From positions 62,001 to 126,000 of the forward strand of contig NIVC01001809.1 of assembly GCA_002269645.1 (NCBI GenBank): DNA of 64,000 nt, given 5' to 3'. The notes beneath the pieces are model-generated. The model had not been told where the DNA came from. It worked only from the letters and a program-made list of their open reading frames with translations, and did no database searches. This document shows, in pieces, positions 47,666 through 61,986 of the stretch. The stretch is from Macrostomum lignano. Lineage: Eukaryota. How positions within the stretch are numbered: the stretch's first letter is position 1; each line of letters begins with the position of its first letter. The position numbers and the translations under genes were made by a program.

Positions 47666-48662
47666 GGAATAAAGTCTCATCAGTGTAGAGGCTGGCTGCG
47701 GAACCACAAGCGTAACACTATTTGTCTGTACCCAAGCCGCACAGACTAACTTCTCATTCCTCAATATAAATATAGTTATTTCTGTTTGGTTGCTAGAATA
47801 ACTATATATAAATCGAGATACAGCGCCTCGATTGTTCCCTCAAAGATCTCGGTTACGACTTCGCATTGGTGCTGAATTTTGCTCTTGTCAGAACCGTCTT
47901 GTAGTAGCCAGGCCAGTTTGTTTCAAATTTTGGTCAGCGCCGACTTGAACTTGGTCTTTTGTCGCCTCAGTAGAGCATTCAGCGGAGCAACATCGGGCTC
48001 TGGCGCTTGCTTCTGTTTTTTGTCGTCGCTCCTACTGATCTGACAGACTATTGGACACGATGTACTGTGGCTTGAGTAATCACACTCTGCTACCAGATGG
48101 TTGCTAGAATAACTATAAGGAAATCGAGACACTTAGCTATAAGCGATGAAAGCGAAAAGAGTATATTTGAGCGAGATACTTTAGGTCGGTATTTAAAGGT
48201 GAATGAGCGTACAATACGATTGAGCGCAATGTGGGGTGGGGCGATCAATAAATTTGGGTACGATCAATCATACGGTCAATCATTAGATAAATATGTTAGC
48301 CTAATTGAGCGTACAGTTAATGATTGCAACGGACAAGTACGAGCGTACAATAAATACTGCGAAACAGTGGCAGCTCCAGAACACTGTTATAGTCTGCCAC
48401 AACTGAAAATTTCTCTTTCTATTCGTATGACTGTGCAAGTCGACTATATTACTGGCAACATTTCTAATACAATATAACGAACGTTAATGTTTCTGGAACT
48501 CCTGTTAAAAATATGAAACGCTCTTAAAAGTTTTAATGCAAGTTCTGTGGTAAAGTTGCGCGTCTGAGGAAAAGTAGAATTAAGAAGGTCTATATTAGTA
48601 GCAGTTAGCACAACACCAAAAGGCCCAAAACAAGGCTGATAGCAACACTGTTAAAACATAGT

Positions 48663-50367
48663 AGCAGTGCATCACACTGACATTGCAGCACAGCACCAGT
48701 GCATCACACTGACATTGCAGCACAGCACCAGTGCATCACACTGACATTGCAGCACAGCACCAGTGCATCACACTGACATTGCAGCACAGCACCAGTGCAT
48801 CACACTGACATTGCAGCACAGCACCAGTGCATCACACTGACATTGCAGCACAGCACCAGTGCATCACACTGACATTGCAGCACAGCACCAGTGCATCACA
48901 CTGACATTGCAGCACAGCACCAGTGCATCACACTGACATTGCAGCACAGCACCAGTGCATCACACTGACATTGCAGCACAGCACCAGTGCATCACACTGA
49001 CATTGCAGCACAGCACCAGTGCATCACACTGACATTGCAGCACAGCACCAGTGCATCACACTGACATTGCAGCACAGCACCAGTGCATCACACTGACATT
49101 GCAGCACAGCACCAGTGCATCACACTGATATTGCAGCACAGCACCAGTGCATCACACTGACATTGCAGCACAGCACCAGTGCATCACACTGAAATTGCAG
49201 CACAGCACCAGTGCATCACACTGATATTGCAGCACAGCACCAGTGCATCACACTGATATTGCAGCACAGCACCAGTTCATCACACTGACATTGCAGCACA
49301 GCACCAGTGCATCACACTGATATTGCAGCACAGCACCAGTGCATCACACTGACATTGCAGCACAGCACCAGTGCATCACACTGACATTGCAGCACAGCAG
49401 CAGTTCATCACACTGACATTGCAGCACAGCACCAGTGCATCACACTGACATTGCAGCACAGCACCAGTGCATCACACTGACTTTGCAGCACAGCACCAGT
49501 GCATCACACTGATATTGCAGCACAGCACCAGTGCATCACACTGACATTGCAGCACAGCACCAGTGCATCACACTGACATTGCAGCTCAGCACCAGTGCAT
49601 CACACTGACATTGCAGCACAGCAGCAGTGCATCACACTGACATTGCAGCACAGCACCAGTGCATCACACTGATATTGCAGCACAGCACCAGTGCATCACA
49701 CTGATATTGCAGCACAGCACCAGTGCATCACACTGATATTGCAGCACAGCAGCAGTGCATCACACTGATATTGCAGCACAGCACCAGTGCATCACACTGA
49801 CATTGCAGCACAGCACCAGTGCATCACACTGACATTGCAGCACAGCACCAGTGCATCACACTGACATTGCAGCACATCACCAGTGCATCACACTGATATT
49901 GCAGCACAGCACCAGTGCATCACACTGACATTGCAGCACAGCACCAGTGCATCACACTGACATTGCAGCACAGCACCAGTGCATCACACTGACATTGCAG
50001 CACAGCACCAGTGCATCACACTGACATTGCAGCTCAGCACCAGTGCATCACACTGACATTGCAGCACAGCACCAGTGCATCACACTGACATTGCAGCACA
50101 GCACCAGTGCATCACACTGATATTGCAGCACAGCACCAGTGCATCACACTGACATTGCAGCACAGCACCAGTGCATCACACTGACATTGCAGCACAGCAC
50201 CAGTGCATCACACTGACTTTGCAGCACAGCACCAGTGCATCACACTGACATTGCAGCACAGCACCACTGCATCACACTGACATTGCAGCACAGCAGCAGT
50301 GCATCACACTGACATTGCAGCACAGCACCAGTGCATCACACTGACATTGCAGAACAGCACCAGTGCA
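48663..50367. repeat. 32-bp minisatellite, ~53 units
   Basis: Same unit as 34827-36049. Confidence 0.95.
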
Positions 50368-50937
50368 AACTCAGATAAAGAATTGAGCACATGTGAGTCA
50401 CTCCTGACTTGGTATTGAGAGTCGTGGTCATATTTTTAAAAGAGAGACTGGAGAATCGTCTTGTTTCGCAAAAATTAATTTGTCTTCCCATTCCCGTGTA
50501 GTTTATTACATTATACTTATATCTGAGCCAGTTATTTTTATCTCGCTCGATCTTCGCTTTTAACATCCCTTTCCCTCCCGTTCCTTCCTATTGGCTCGTG
50601 ACTACCATAGACAAAGTATTTTTTGTCTCGATTTCGTTTTCGCCCCCCTCTGAAAGTAACACCATCTGAAAGTAGTATCGTGGACTATATATGACTATAA
50701 TGCCAGTGGATACAGCATGCGAAGCTTTGAGCAAAAATTCAATCTGCTTGCTTCTGTACATTAGGTCAATTCATAAGATTCACTTGAATCTAAATACGTT
50801 ATATTACTAAAATACATGGTACGTTATATTTTGCAGTGTATATACAAGAGTCGTTGTGTGACCGTACCATGTTCCGTAGCTACTAAGAAAAAAATATTTG
50901 AAGAACAGTAGCAGACACCGAACGAAAACACAAAATA

Positions 50938-51594
50938 CACTCAGCAACATTGAAAAGTTTCCACCCTTGCGCCAAGGGTCCATGGGCAGCACCATCGATG
51001 GTTTCGCCAATTGGTTTTGGGCCATAGACAACTGAGCAAAAAGGGCAGGTAAGGTTAAAGACCGATATCTGGGGTCACAGGGAAAAGTGTCACAGTAACG
51101 AGTGTACAGAGGTTTACTGGAGGCATCTGGACGCAGGTGACAACGATAGTCCGCTAAATGACTGATTGGCGCACTCTGCGTTGGCCATCCAGATCACCGG
51201 ATATGAACTCGATTGAGCACGTGTGGGATTTCCTGAAGCGCACGATTCGGTGCAACAATCTCTATCCCCCTAGAACATGGTACAGCTGCGCAATGCGCTT
51301 TCAATCGCGTGGCAACAGCTTCCACAAGACTTTCTGCGGCGCCTTGTTCGGGAATGTCTCGACGAGTGAGCGGTCTGTTGGTTGCTCGTGGTTTCTATCT
51401 ATACCTGTTACTGACTGTGCTTTAGACACGTACACAGCGTGGAAATGGGCATGGACTTGTTTCGCTGTTCATTCTTTGTTGCCTTATTTTGATTGTCTAT
51501 GGCCCAAACATAGTTAAAAACCTTTCAATCCCTAATCGTTCAGCTAGTGTAGCCTTTTGTGCAGTACGTGGACACTTTTCAATGTTGCTGAGTG
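50938..51594 (+). mobile_element. Tc1/mariner deletion derivative, duplicate copy
   Basis: Matches 36617-37273 at +14,321. Confidence 0.9.
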
Positions 51595-51782
51595 TATTTA
51601 CATACATGGAAATTTAAAGGCGGCACTAAATTCTTTTGAAAAATAAACATATTAAACTAATGGCTTTGAGTTTATGTAGTAACTACCAGAAATTATTAAC
51701 TGTAACTTAAAACTTAAACTTTCAAAGAAGCCAAGATTCAGAAGAAATACTAAAGTAAACATGCCTAGCATGTCGTTAATCC

Positions 51783-52331
51783 TCACTGACCAAGAAAGAG
51801 AATTTTCTTAACAAGTTGAGAACGCATCGATGGACTGATCATATTTTGGCGCCGAACTGTATGAAGGAGCTTTATTCGCGTGTATTTCTCGGCGACCATC
51901 TTTAGAATTCCGTATCGGTGATTTTCATCAATCGCTGCCTCGCAGCAGATATTTTGGAAGACACAAGTAGAAATTGCAGCTCTAACCGTTGCTGCAACAA
52001 GAGCCTCGATTCTAATGCAACCAAGAGCAACGTTGGAGTGACTCCTAAAAGTCTGCTCGCACATACGGCACAGGCGACACAGCTCTTCTGACGGATGACA
52101 AAGGCCACCCCGATCTTTTAGCTGCAGAAGTGGAGTAGAACTCTCTTCGCTGACCAGGGCTTCGCGACATGTCTGACAACTCAGTCGGGGCAACAGCTGA
52201 CGAGCGATGTAGCCACTAATGCAATCGACTACACCAGCACCAATTAAGGACAAGCTTCTCATCTGGCTGGTCTCAGGTAAATCAAGCCTCTCCTCACTGA
52301 TGCAGTTGGAACCCTGGGAAACGGGTGACTT
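51783..52331 (-). mobile_element. P-family transposase C-terminal fragment, duplicate copy
   Basis: Translation identical to 37462-37941. Confidence 0.75.
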
Positions 52332-53331
52332 AACATTCAGTGACTGACAGCCTGATAGCTCGTAAGCATCAGCTACAATTCCGTTATTTTATCTAGTGCC
52401 ATCATCTATTTATCTATCTAAATAAATCTATTTTATTATATCGGTAAAAATTCAATAGAAAATTATAAAATGCTTCGATTTGTACAAGTCAATCGGTAAA
52501 CTTGCTTTGGTAAAATTTCAGCATCTTTGTTCAGCTTAAGTTAAAAAAATTGTAAAAATTCGTGTATGAATATTTTGAATATTTTGAATATTTTGAATAC
52601 ATTACGAGCGTATGTTGCTCTTAGTACCACAAGTCTAAACACAATTTTTGATGTTTTGGACCTACAAAACAAATTTTATTAATTTCATTCTTGGCTTCGT
52701 ACCTGCAAAATCCGTAATGTAAATCAACCTGCCCACCATCTGACGGTTGGCAGAGGATCTCGGACTGCAGGACCGCCACTGACTCACCTGTATTGGCGCC
52801 ACTGACTCATCTGTATTGGCGCCACTGACTCATCTGTATTGGTGCCATGACTCATCTGTATTGGCGCCACTGACTCATCTGTATTGTCGCCACTGACTCA
52901 TCTGTATTGGCGCCACTGACTCATCTGTATTGGCGCCACTGACTCATCTGTATTGGCGCCACTGACTCATGTTTGGAAAATACGTGCATTCTGTCAGCTG
53001 CCTGCATCTGCTCAGATATAAACCAACCGAAATCCTTTGAGTACTCGACTCATTCAGAATTCCGAGTCTCCTCACTTTGACGGATTCGAAACTCCGCCTG
53101 AACTCGTGTGGAAAAGTGCAGTCCCTGAAAACCATGGATCCCATTTTGTTTGGAGCCTCAGCAACTCCAGCCTCATTTGAGAACCCACAGATTCGGCCAA
53201 ATAAACAAATGCGAATTACTTTGAACAGAAATGAGCAGTGCACAGAAGTGAAAAAATATTCAACATATTTGTAAGCACTGAATAGTCGGAAATACTCATT
53301 AGTTGTGAACTTATCTGGTCCTTCTGATCTG
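52332..53331. repeat. Dispersed repeat X, duplicate copy
   Basis: Matches 38011-39010 at +14,321. Confidence 0.85.
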
Positions 53332-54193
53332 ATCTGATCTTTTGCAAAATTTATTAAACAAGAACTAAAAGCAATGCTAGATCTGGAAGCTAGAAATTCA
53401 AACCATTGAGACCATTTCGAAGGCTTACCCATTAAGAACTTGAAAAAAGTTTCAAAAAGTCGAAAACAGAACGTTATTTACTAGTTCACCACCCTACTAT
53501 TCAGGTGCGATTGAGCAGACAGCTTCAAGCTATGCACTTTCACCCTTTTAGCAGAGTGAGAAAATGTAATTTTAGTAGTTCATGTTTTTTGTCAAATAAA
53601 AATGTTCATGTTTTTTTGTTTTTTTCTAGATTTACTTCAATGTATGTTTTCTCGCTATTATACTTCATTTAGACTTAGCTCGTACTTAGCTCGTACAAGC
53701 TGACCATGCGGGTTTTCGCGATATGCTGTTACGAGCTAAGTGAAGACAAAAAATGAGTCTATGGCCATAAAGAGTTGGATTTTAGCTACATTGTAATTAT
53801 ACTTTTACCCAGACGCAATAACAAAATATTTTAATATAATTTAATATAAATAATTTAAAAATTTTATAATTTAATATTTAATAATTGTTTTACCTCGTTT
53901 CAGCCTTCTGCAGCCTATCAATATTGGTGTTGTAGTTAGCGGGCGTGAAACGCGTTTCACGGCCCGCCCGCTGTGCATATCTATGGAATTTGACCATAGA
54001 CAACAGCAGAGGGCGGGCTGCCGTTAGTTTCAACCTCGTTTCAACACGCGTAGGCTAACTACAACCATTATTCCACAGTTTTGATGTGTATTGAAAAAAT
54101 CCATCGCACCGTATTTTGTTAATAAATACATAGCCACGAGTGTCATTTGAGCATTATCAAACGGTTGATAATGCATGACTAAATTTAGATACC

Positions 54194-55853
54194 GTCTATG
54201 GTAATTCGTCAGAAACTTTGGTCTTAAATGTTCGAAGTTACAGCGAAGACTTCTCAGTTTTTCATTTTAAGCCGTCTTCGCTTGCCTGCCTTAAACATGA
54301 CCGCTACGCATCTTATCAATTGGTCTCATCTGCCGGTTGATAGTCGATCGATGGCGTTTCATCCAGCGAATACTCATTCATTGCGGAGCTGAGCAGTGAC
54401 AATCACCGAGATGACAATCAGCTGGAGGACTTTATTAAATTCATTACCGATCATTCACGATCTGACGATGAACTGCTTGGTGTCGATCTGCCGGAATGTG
54501 AAGAGGATGGAGCTTCTGTTGCTACTGATTTCATGGACAAGGCCGAGGTGGATTCTCTACCAAGATCGACCAAGGAGCAAATGTTCCTTTATGGCAAAGC
54601 GTTTGCCAGCTACATGAGTGACTTGGGTCATCCTGTTGAAAGTCTCAAAACAATGGAGCCCAGTAGCCTCAACGAGCACCTGCGGTTCTGCTACTTTCGG
54701 CTTTCTAAACCGAATGGAGAGTCGTACTCGCCATCTAGCTTGGTCTGCATTCGGGCCGGCATCCAGCGATTTTTTCACTTCATTATCAAGCGTGAACTCA
54801 ACATCGTCGATGATCCTAACTTTGCTACTGCCAATCGCATGCTTCGAGTTAAGGTGCGGGATTTTCATTCTAAAGGCGGGAGCGTGAAGCGTTACGAACC
54901 GATAGAGCGCGCCGATCTAACCAAGTTGTCCAGTTACGAGTACTTTGATCGCTCGACTGGAGAACGACTACAGGATGAAGTGATTTACACTTTATTGTAT
55001 GTCTTGGGAGAGCGCGGTCAAGAGCACCTCCAACACCTTCGTCAGAGAGACATACTCGTAGAAAAAGAAGACGGCGACGGCAAGAAGTATTACGAGCTAC
55101 CTAACCTCAGAACCAAGAACCAGAGTGCCAATCCAGTCAAGGCCAAAGGTTTCAACCCAAAGCAAGCGAGAATCTATGGCGGTCAGTATGAACTCATTAA
55201 GACCTACCTTCAAGTCCTGCCCAACGAAACCAAGGACAATTCGTTTTTTCCAAGACCGATGGCAAATAAAGAAGGACAGCTGCAGTTTTCAACTAAGCAG
55301 GTTCGTGGGATCAATTGGTTAGGATCGTTCATGACTCGATTAAGCACCCTGTGTGAGCTCAGCAAAAAGTATACGAACCATTGCATTCGAGTAACTAGGA
55401 CGGCTGATCTACACGAAGCTGGCTATACTCTGTCCGACATCATGAATATCACGGGACATCAATCTGAGTCGACAGTTCGGCGGTATCTATCGAGGAAACG
55501 TGACCACACGCTGCGAGACATGGCTACGACTGTGGGGGAAGCTTTGCAATCAAGTGATTCTCGTACGAACACAGAATTGGTTAGGACTGATCAGCCATCT
55601 AACGCTGGATCGTCAAGCACGATGGACGTGAGTAACCAGAACATTACACTTAGTAGGCAGAACGTCTCAACTATCTTCACGGATTGTCATTTCTCTGGCT
55701 GCACTTTCAACTTGAATGGTTAGAGACATCTGCGTCATTGAGAATTGCAACTATAAACAACTAAAAACTGTAAACTGTTCATTGCTTAACCATTGAAGCT
55801 GATTTCTCGTTGATATGAAAAATAAACTCGCAGTTCCACCATAGTCTATGGTA
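54194..55853 (+). mobile_element. Crypton, copy B
   Basis: GTCTATGGTA direct repeats at 54194 and 55844; matches copy A. Confidence 0.75.
54533..55723 (+). CDS. Crypton tyrosine recombinase, copy B
   Basis: Translation identical to 40212-41402. Confidence 0.88.
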   Translation: MDKAEVDSLPRSTKEQMFLYGKAFASYMSDLGHPVESLKTMEPSSLNEHLRFCYFRLSKPNGESYSPSSLVCIRAGIQRFFHFIIKRELNIVDDPNFATANRMLRVKVRDFHSKGGSVKRYEPIERADLTKLSSYEYFDRSTGERLQDEVIYTLLYVLGERGQEHLQHLRQRDILVEKEDGDGKKYYELPNLRTKNQSANPVKAKGFNPKQARIYGGQYELIKTYLQVLPNETKDNSFFPRPMANKEGQLQFSTKQVRGINWLGSFMTRLSTLCELSKKYTNHCIRVTRTADLHEAGYTLSDIMNITGHQSESTVRRYLSRKRDHTLRDMATTVGEALQSSDSRTNTELVRTDQPSNAGSSSTMDVSNQNITLSRQNVSTIFTDCHFSGCTFNLNG

Positions 55854-56216
55854 GATGTTGAAAAGTTGGCGTTTGATAATCACAAAATTACACAACGAGA
55901 AATAATAAGAGAAAGAATGACTGCGCGCTGAGTGAAAGTATAAGTACAATTCACTCGTATAGTATGCAACTTCGTTGAATAATGGCAAAAACACGAGTAC
56001 GCGTAGCGCACGAGTGTCTATGGTCATTATTCAACTCAGTTGCATACTATACAATCTACCAGTGATGATGCTTGGTCAGCTACGCTGACAAGCGGATTTG
56101 AATATGTTAAATATCTTGCTTCCCACTTCCCACCCTAAGAATGGTTCATTGGCTCAATCAGCTTGGAAAACGCTATCTAAAGTCTGCCGTTGAAGAAACG
56201 CACGACGGTCTTCTGA

Positions 56217-59200
56217 ATGTCGGTTGTTCAAAACAAGAAGCAGCCGCCATCGACTGCATCCCAGGCAGATCAGACTCAGGCTAGTCATGGATGTTTCGAA
56301 CAGTTCAAGCAGTTACTTCTGCTGCTGCTCAAGCTCAAGGCGTGGCGCCTCGCGGCAATTTGTGTGCCCATTGCGTTAGCGGCATCAGCTTTGTACGTCA
56401 TGCCCATGATAGCCAAGACATTGCAGCGTGGTGGCTTCGGCACTAGCAGAGATGGCAGCGACCATCTCCTGTTCTACGGCGGCTCCGACTTGGCGGCATC
56501 GAAGGCCAAGGTTCTGGTCGACCGCTCCAGCTTCCCCGCTGAGGCAGCTGCCGCTACAAACATCGTGAAGAACGAAGGCGGAAATTCCAATTGGATCGAG
56601 GAGTGCGCGTCAGAGACCGACTGCAGAGAGCGGCTCATGTTTAATGAGAATGATGACGCAATCGTTGCGCTGATCCGCTACTCGAAAACACCTGACAAGT
56701 CGCGAAGTGTATTGGAATGCCCCAAACTCAAAGGACCCAAGGTCGACATCAGATGCGCTTTTCTGTATAAAGTAATGGTTCTGTCAATGCAAAAAACGCT
56801 GGGCGCCGAGACTTTTAAAGAGATGCAAATCTACGAGCTGTTTGACAAGCGCTCTAACAATAGCAGCAAGGTCGAGCGCTACGACAATAAAAATACGAAA
56901 TCCTGGCCAAACTCGGCTTGCGCGAACTGGATCAAAACGGGCCTCTTTCAGCAAATAGCGTCACAAAGCGTACCCGTCTCAGTCAGCCTGTCAGCGATCG
57001 GACTGAACTTCTACCTGCTCATCTCCACTGTCTCCTGTATCCGCATGATCAAGAGCAATGGCTTCCTGCAGCAGCTGTTTCGCAGCGGCCTGTCCGTGTC
57101 TGCCTATTGGCTGGTAATTTGGATCGTCACTGTGCTCGAGTGCCTCTTTTTCGCGGGCGTTTTCATAGCATCGAACGCGCTGAAGTGCTCAGGAGTTTTT
57201 CCGGCCTCCGTCATGGCCCGCCTCTTCATCTTCTTCACACTGTTTTGCCTCAACCTGGCTGCCTTCATGCTGCTGATGGAGCTGCTGCTGCCACCACAGA
57301 TGCTCGTGTCCATAGTGACCATTGTGATGAGCATCGGAATTCTGGTAGCAAGTTTCAACGGTACTATTCTCAAAAAATATGTGAAATTCTTATTGTACAT
57401 TTTTTCGCCACTGTTCGCCTCCGAGTACATCATCAAGCTGTTCAACTCTGAGGTGAGGCGACAGTTCTCAGTAGCTGAGCTGAAGAATGAAGACGACTCT
57501 GAGCGACTCTCCCAGATTCTGACCTGGACAGTGATTGGGCTGCTGCTGTTTGCTCTGCTGCTGACTTATCTGGACTTCATCTTGAGCAGCGGCAATGGTC
57601 TTAGTCTATCACCGCACCACCCGTTCATGCCCGACTTCTGGTGCCCGAAAGGCCACAAGGACCGAAGCGACTCCGCACCGAGCGAAGGCCCAGAAGAGAA
57701 ACTCGAGTCCCACATTGAGCCGGTGATGGAGCTGCCGCCCATCATTGCCGTCAAAGCCGTCACAAAGACTTACAGAAACTGCTGCCTGTGCTGTCAGGAT
57801 GCCACTGCTGTGCTAAAGAATTTATCATGTGAGTCTCATGCTAGCTGATCATTTCATCTCGCTCACTGTATAAGCTCTTGTTTTTAGTCAGATAGTCTCA
57901 AGGTAAAGCACAATGTAGCTCGCACAGCACACTAGCGAGGAGTGATCCTACAATTTTAATACCATTGTATAACAGTTACGATTTCTTGTTGGGAAGAAAT
58001 AACCGAATAACCGCACTTTTTGCGGTTTAATGCTGCCAAAAAGCAAATTTACCCATACCCAACGCATCGTCTTAGTACTCACCTGCTAGGCCTCAAAAGC
58101 TTCGAAATAATTGAATAGGTCACGCAATTATTAGTGCAACGACAGTGAATCACCTGTAAGCGTGCACCTTTAGGGTTTGACGTTTACGGTGGTTATTGGC
58201 CGTTGCTTTGTCCACTTGTACTCCTTGTGTACTATCTCTCTCTCTCTGTCGCGCCCCTCCCTCTTTAGCAAAAAAATCTTTAAAAAAATCATTTTTCTGC
58301 ACAAAATTAACTGATACAGTTCTTGACACGTAGCTGTCTTTTCACCACCAAATGCAGGCACGATTTACCGAGGCCAGATCACGGCTCTCATCGGACACAA
58401 CGGCGCTGGCAAGTCGACGCTCATCAAGGTCCTTACAGGCGAGGAGCTGCCAGACGAGGGAACAGCCCACATCGGTGGCTGTCTGGTGACGAACCCGCTG
58501 ATCCGTCTGTCGCTCAGAGGTCGGATCGGCACCTGTCCGCAGTTCGACGCCCTCTGCGACTCGCTCACCGTGATGGAGTGCATCCGAGTCACGCTCATCA
58601 GCAAGGCGGCCAGCGACACCAGCCATTTGGAGAGAGCTCGCGGAATGCTGCAGAGACTCGGTCTCGGAGACAAGGAGGATGTGCTGTCTTGCAACCTGAG
58701 CGGCGGTCAGAAGAGGAAGGTGAGCACGATCCTGGCTCTGATGGGCGACCCGGACGTTGTGTTTCTGGATGAGCCAACGAGCGGACTGGACCCGGTGTCG
58801 AGGCGGCAGCTGTGGCAGCTGCTGCAGGAGGAGAAGAGCGCCCGCTCCATCATCCTGTGCACGCAGTTCATGGACGAGGCGGACATCCTGGCAGACCGCA
58901 AGATCTTCCTGTGCGGCGGCAAGATCGTGTGCGTTGGGTCTTCGATGTTTCTGAAGCGAGCGTTCGGCTGCAGCTTCACGCTGAATGTGTCGCTGAAGTC
59001 CAAGTCAGGCGCGGAGTCGCTGCTGGCCAAGCTGAAGCAGGTCCGATTGAAGAGTCAGGATGACACCGAGCTGCAGCTGGAGGTTCCTGCTTTGAACTCG
59101 GATGTTTTGATCAAGGCGGTTCAGGTTCTGGAGACCAGCAAAGAAGTCGAGACATTCGGTCTGTCTCAGGCTTCTCTCGATGACATTTTCATGAGGCTGG

Positions 59201-61986
59201 GCGGGATGGACTCCGACGAAGTCATCAAGGCATTTCGAGCGGGCACTTTGAAACTTCCTCCACTTTCTGAATCAACCAATGTGGCAGTGGCTACAGCTGA
59301 GACAAAAGAGAGTTTGGATGAAGGGTTAAAGAGTTCAAAACAATTGAGAACGTCCATATTCGTTCAGTTTTGCGCACTGTTTGCTACCAACCTCAAGCGG
59401 CAAGTGCGGGTCCGGTCAAACCTGGTGAGCAGATTTTTGGTGCCTGCCACCCTGTTTGCGCTAATGGTTGCTAGTGCCTTTACATTAAAAGGACCCAAGG
59501 AGAAAAGAACGACCGACCCAAAGGACCATCGGATGGACATTTTGATCCGTCCAGCAGCGCCTCGGATAGACAGTAATGGCTTAAATGAAATTCGGATCGC
59601 ATGCGTCTCTGATGGAAGGGCGAACTCGATTTCCAAGAAGGACTGCAAAAGTCTAGTTATTCCGTACGAGAGCAAGGCCATGGCTCCGCCACCAATTGTG
59701 ATAACAAAGTCCCCGTCCCAAAGCATAAAAGACTTCATGTCTCAGAGGTCAACCAGAGATCAACTTTATAACCATCAGAAAGATATGAAGACAGGGCGAA
59801 TCCCGACATACGCTGTGTTCTACGCTTCACCCTGGCTCAAGAATGCGTCAAACAAGGACCGGTCGGTCAGCATCGGGGTTATCGAGCTGGTCAGCAATCG
59901 AGCTATCGAGCCGGCGCTCATCTACAGTGACCATCAATCAACAGTGCACTTTCACAGAAGAGCGCTGGTCGAACTGTTGGCATATTTTGGAATGGCCGGA
60001 TCCAAAAACACCACCGCTGTTGCTCTCCTCGAGCCGGCCAGCAGCACGACTGTAGTTAAAACCGGGCTGCAACTGCCAGTGTTTTACCTCGTGTTCTCAA
60101 TGCTGTCAGTGTCATATCTGAGCGATCCGATCGAAGACATGAGCAGCCGAGTGCGCAGTTACCTGATAGCAACTGGCATGACCCACCTGGCCTACTGGGT
60201 CAACACATTCTTGATGCACTGGGTTCAGTACGCTATTTGCTACGTGATTGCTGTCGGGCTGCTAATGATTTCTGATACGTTCAGAGGGACTTATCTTGTT
60301 TTGGCTGCGTTCTTGCCAGTCTTTCTACTCGGAACCGTGTCCAACCTGCTGACAATCTACACCATCGCTGTTCTCACAAAGACAAAAAACACCCTGGTCT
60401 CTACAGGCTGCATCCTAGCCGCCGTGTTTTTACCTGTCGCCATGATGCTAATTAACAGTTACTCCGTCATCATGAAAGTGCTAATCTGGACAGTTCCTCC
60501 AGCGGCTCCCCTTGGTCTGGTTGTCAGCTGCGCCCATTTTTATTTCTTAAAGCTTGCCTACTATCAAATCAAAGACGGCTCTGAGCTGCCTGGCATGATC
60601 GAAAGTCTGTGGACGAATTCTGGCATCTTCCACTCTCTTATAGCGATGCCGGTGCATATCATTATCTTGTTGGGCATCATCTGTGCCGTGGAGAAAAGCG
60701 CCGCAATTAAAGAGGCCGTGTGCCACCGCGGAGCCCAGACCAAGCCTGGCCAGCTCGATAGCGACATGGAAGACGGCGCAAAGAAAGAAGCAGAGCGGGT
60801 GCTGGCGGCTCCCAGGAGCTCCAATAACGTGCTGGAGGTTCGACAGCTGCAAAAGATTTACCCCAACAGAGTCCACGCTGTGCGAGGCGTCACCTTCGGA
60901 GCGATGGGCGGCGAGATCTTCGGTCTGCTGGGAGTGAACGGAGCCGGCAAGTCCACCTCCATGTCGGTGATTGTCGGCGAGGAGGCCGCGACGGAGGGCG
61001 TCTGCGAGGTCCGCGTGCAGGACGGCGCCTGGCTGTCCGGTCGGGAGGGATCCACAATCGGCGCCATCGGCTACTGCCCGCAGCACAGCCCGCTGTTCAG
61101 CAGCATCACCGTGGCCGAGCACATCCGCTTTTACGCGGACATCCGCGGCCTGGACTCAATCGAGGCGGAGCAACAGACGACCCGGCTGATGCAGAGCCTC
61201 GGCCTGTCGCAGCACAGCGACAAGCAGGCCGGCCAGCTGTCGGGCGGCAACAAGCGGCGTCTCTGCCTCGCCATCGCTCTGCTGGGCGACCCGGCGCTCA
61301 TCGTCATCGACGAGGCCTCGACTGGCGTAGATCCCGAGAACAAGCGCTTCATCTGGGGCGCCATCCGCCGCATGGTGCACAAGCAGAGGTCGGTCATGGT
61401 CACGACTCACAGCATGGAGGAGGTCGGGGCTCTGTGCAGTCGGGTCGGCATCATGAACAAGGGCAGGATGATCTCGGTGGGCACAGTGCAGAATCTGCTT
61501 AGCCGGTGAGTCTGATTGTCTACATGTATTCTGACTGCTATCATAAGTTGATTTTTTACAGGATGCGTCAAACTCCTAGGTTATGACAGCTGATTTTTCT
61601 CCTTTATCCTCTCTTGTTTATATTTATGCTCTGCTTACCACAGCCACGGAGACGCGTACACACTGGAGCTGCTGCTGGATCCGGAGACTGGGTCAGAAAT
61701 AAAGCAAAAGAGACTCGTGATTAAAAATTCGGTGTCGGAGCAGTTCAAAGGAGCGCAGACGCAGGACGATCTCGGCCTCGGCCTGGTCATGCAGTTCTCG
61801 GTGCCCAAGTCGTCAGTGCGCAGGCTGTCTGATGCGTTGAGGTAGCTGGCGGCCAACCAGAGCCGGCTGAAGGTGAGCTACTGGGCCCTCTACCAGATGT
61901 CGCTGGACCAGGTGTTCGTGAAGCTGGTCAAAACGTACGACCACTCGGGCCAGACACTTGGAGCGAATACTGGCAGCACGGCCTGA
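56217..61986 (+). pseudogene. ABCA copy 3; exons 56217-57828, 58358-61505, 61644-61986; premature TAG at 61843-61845
   Basis: Translations identical to copy 2 at +14,321; same nonsense codon. Confidence 0.85.
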
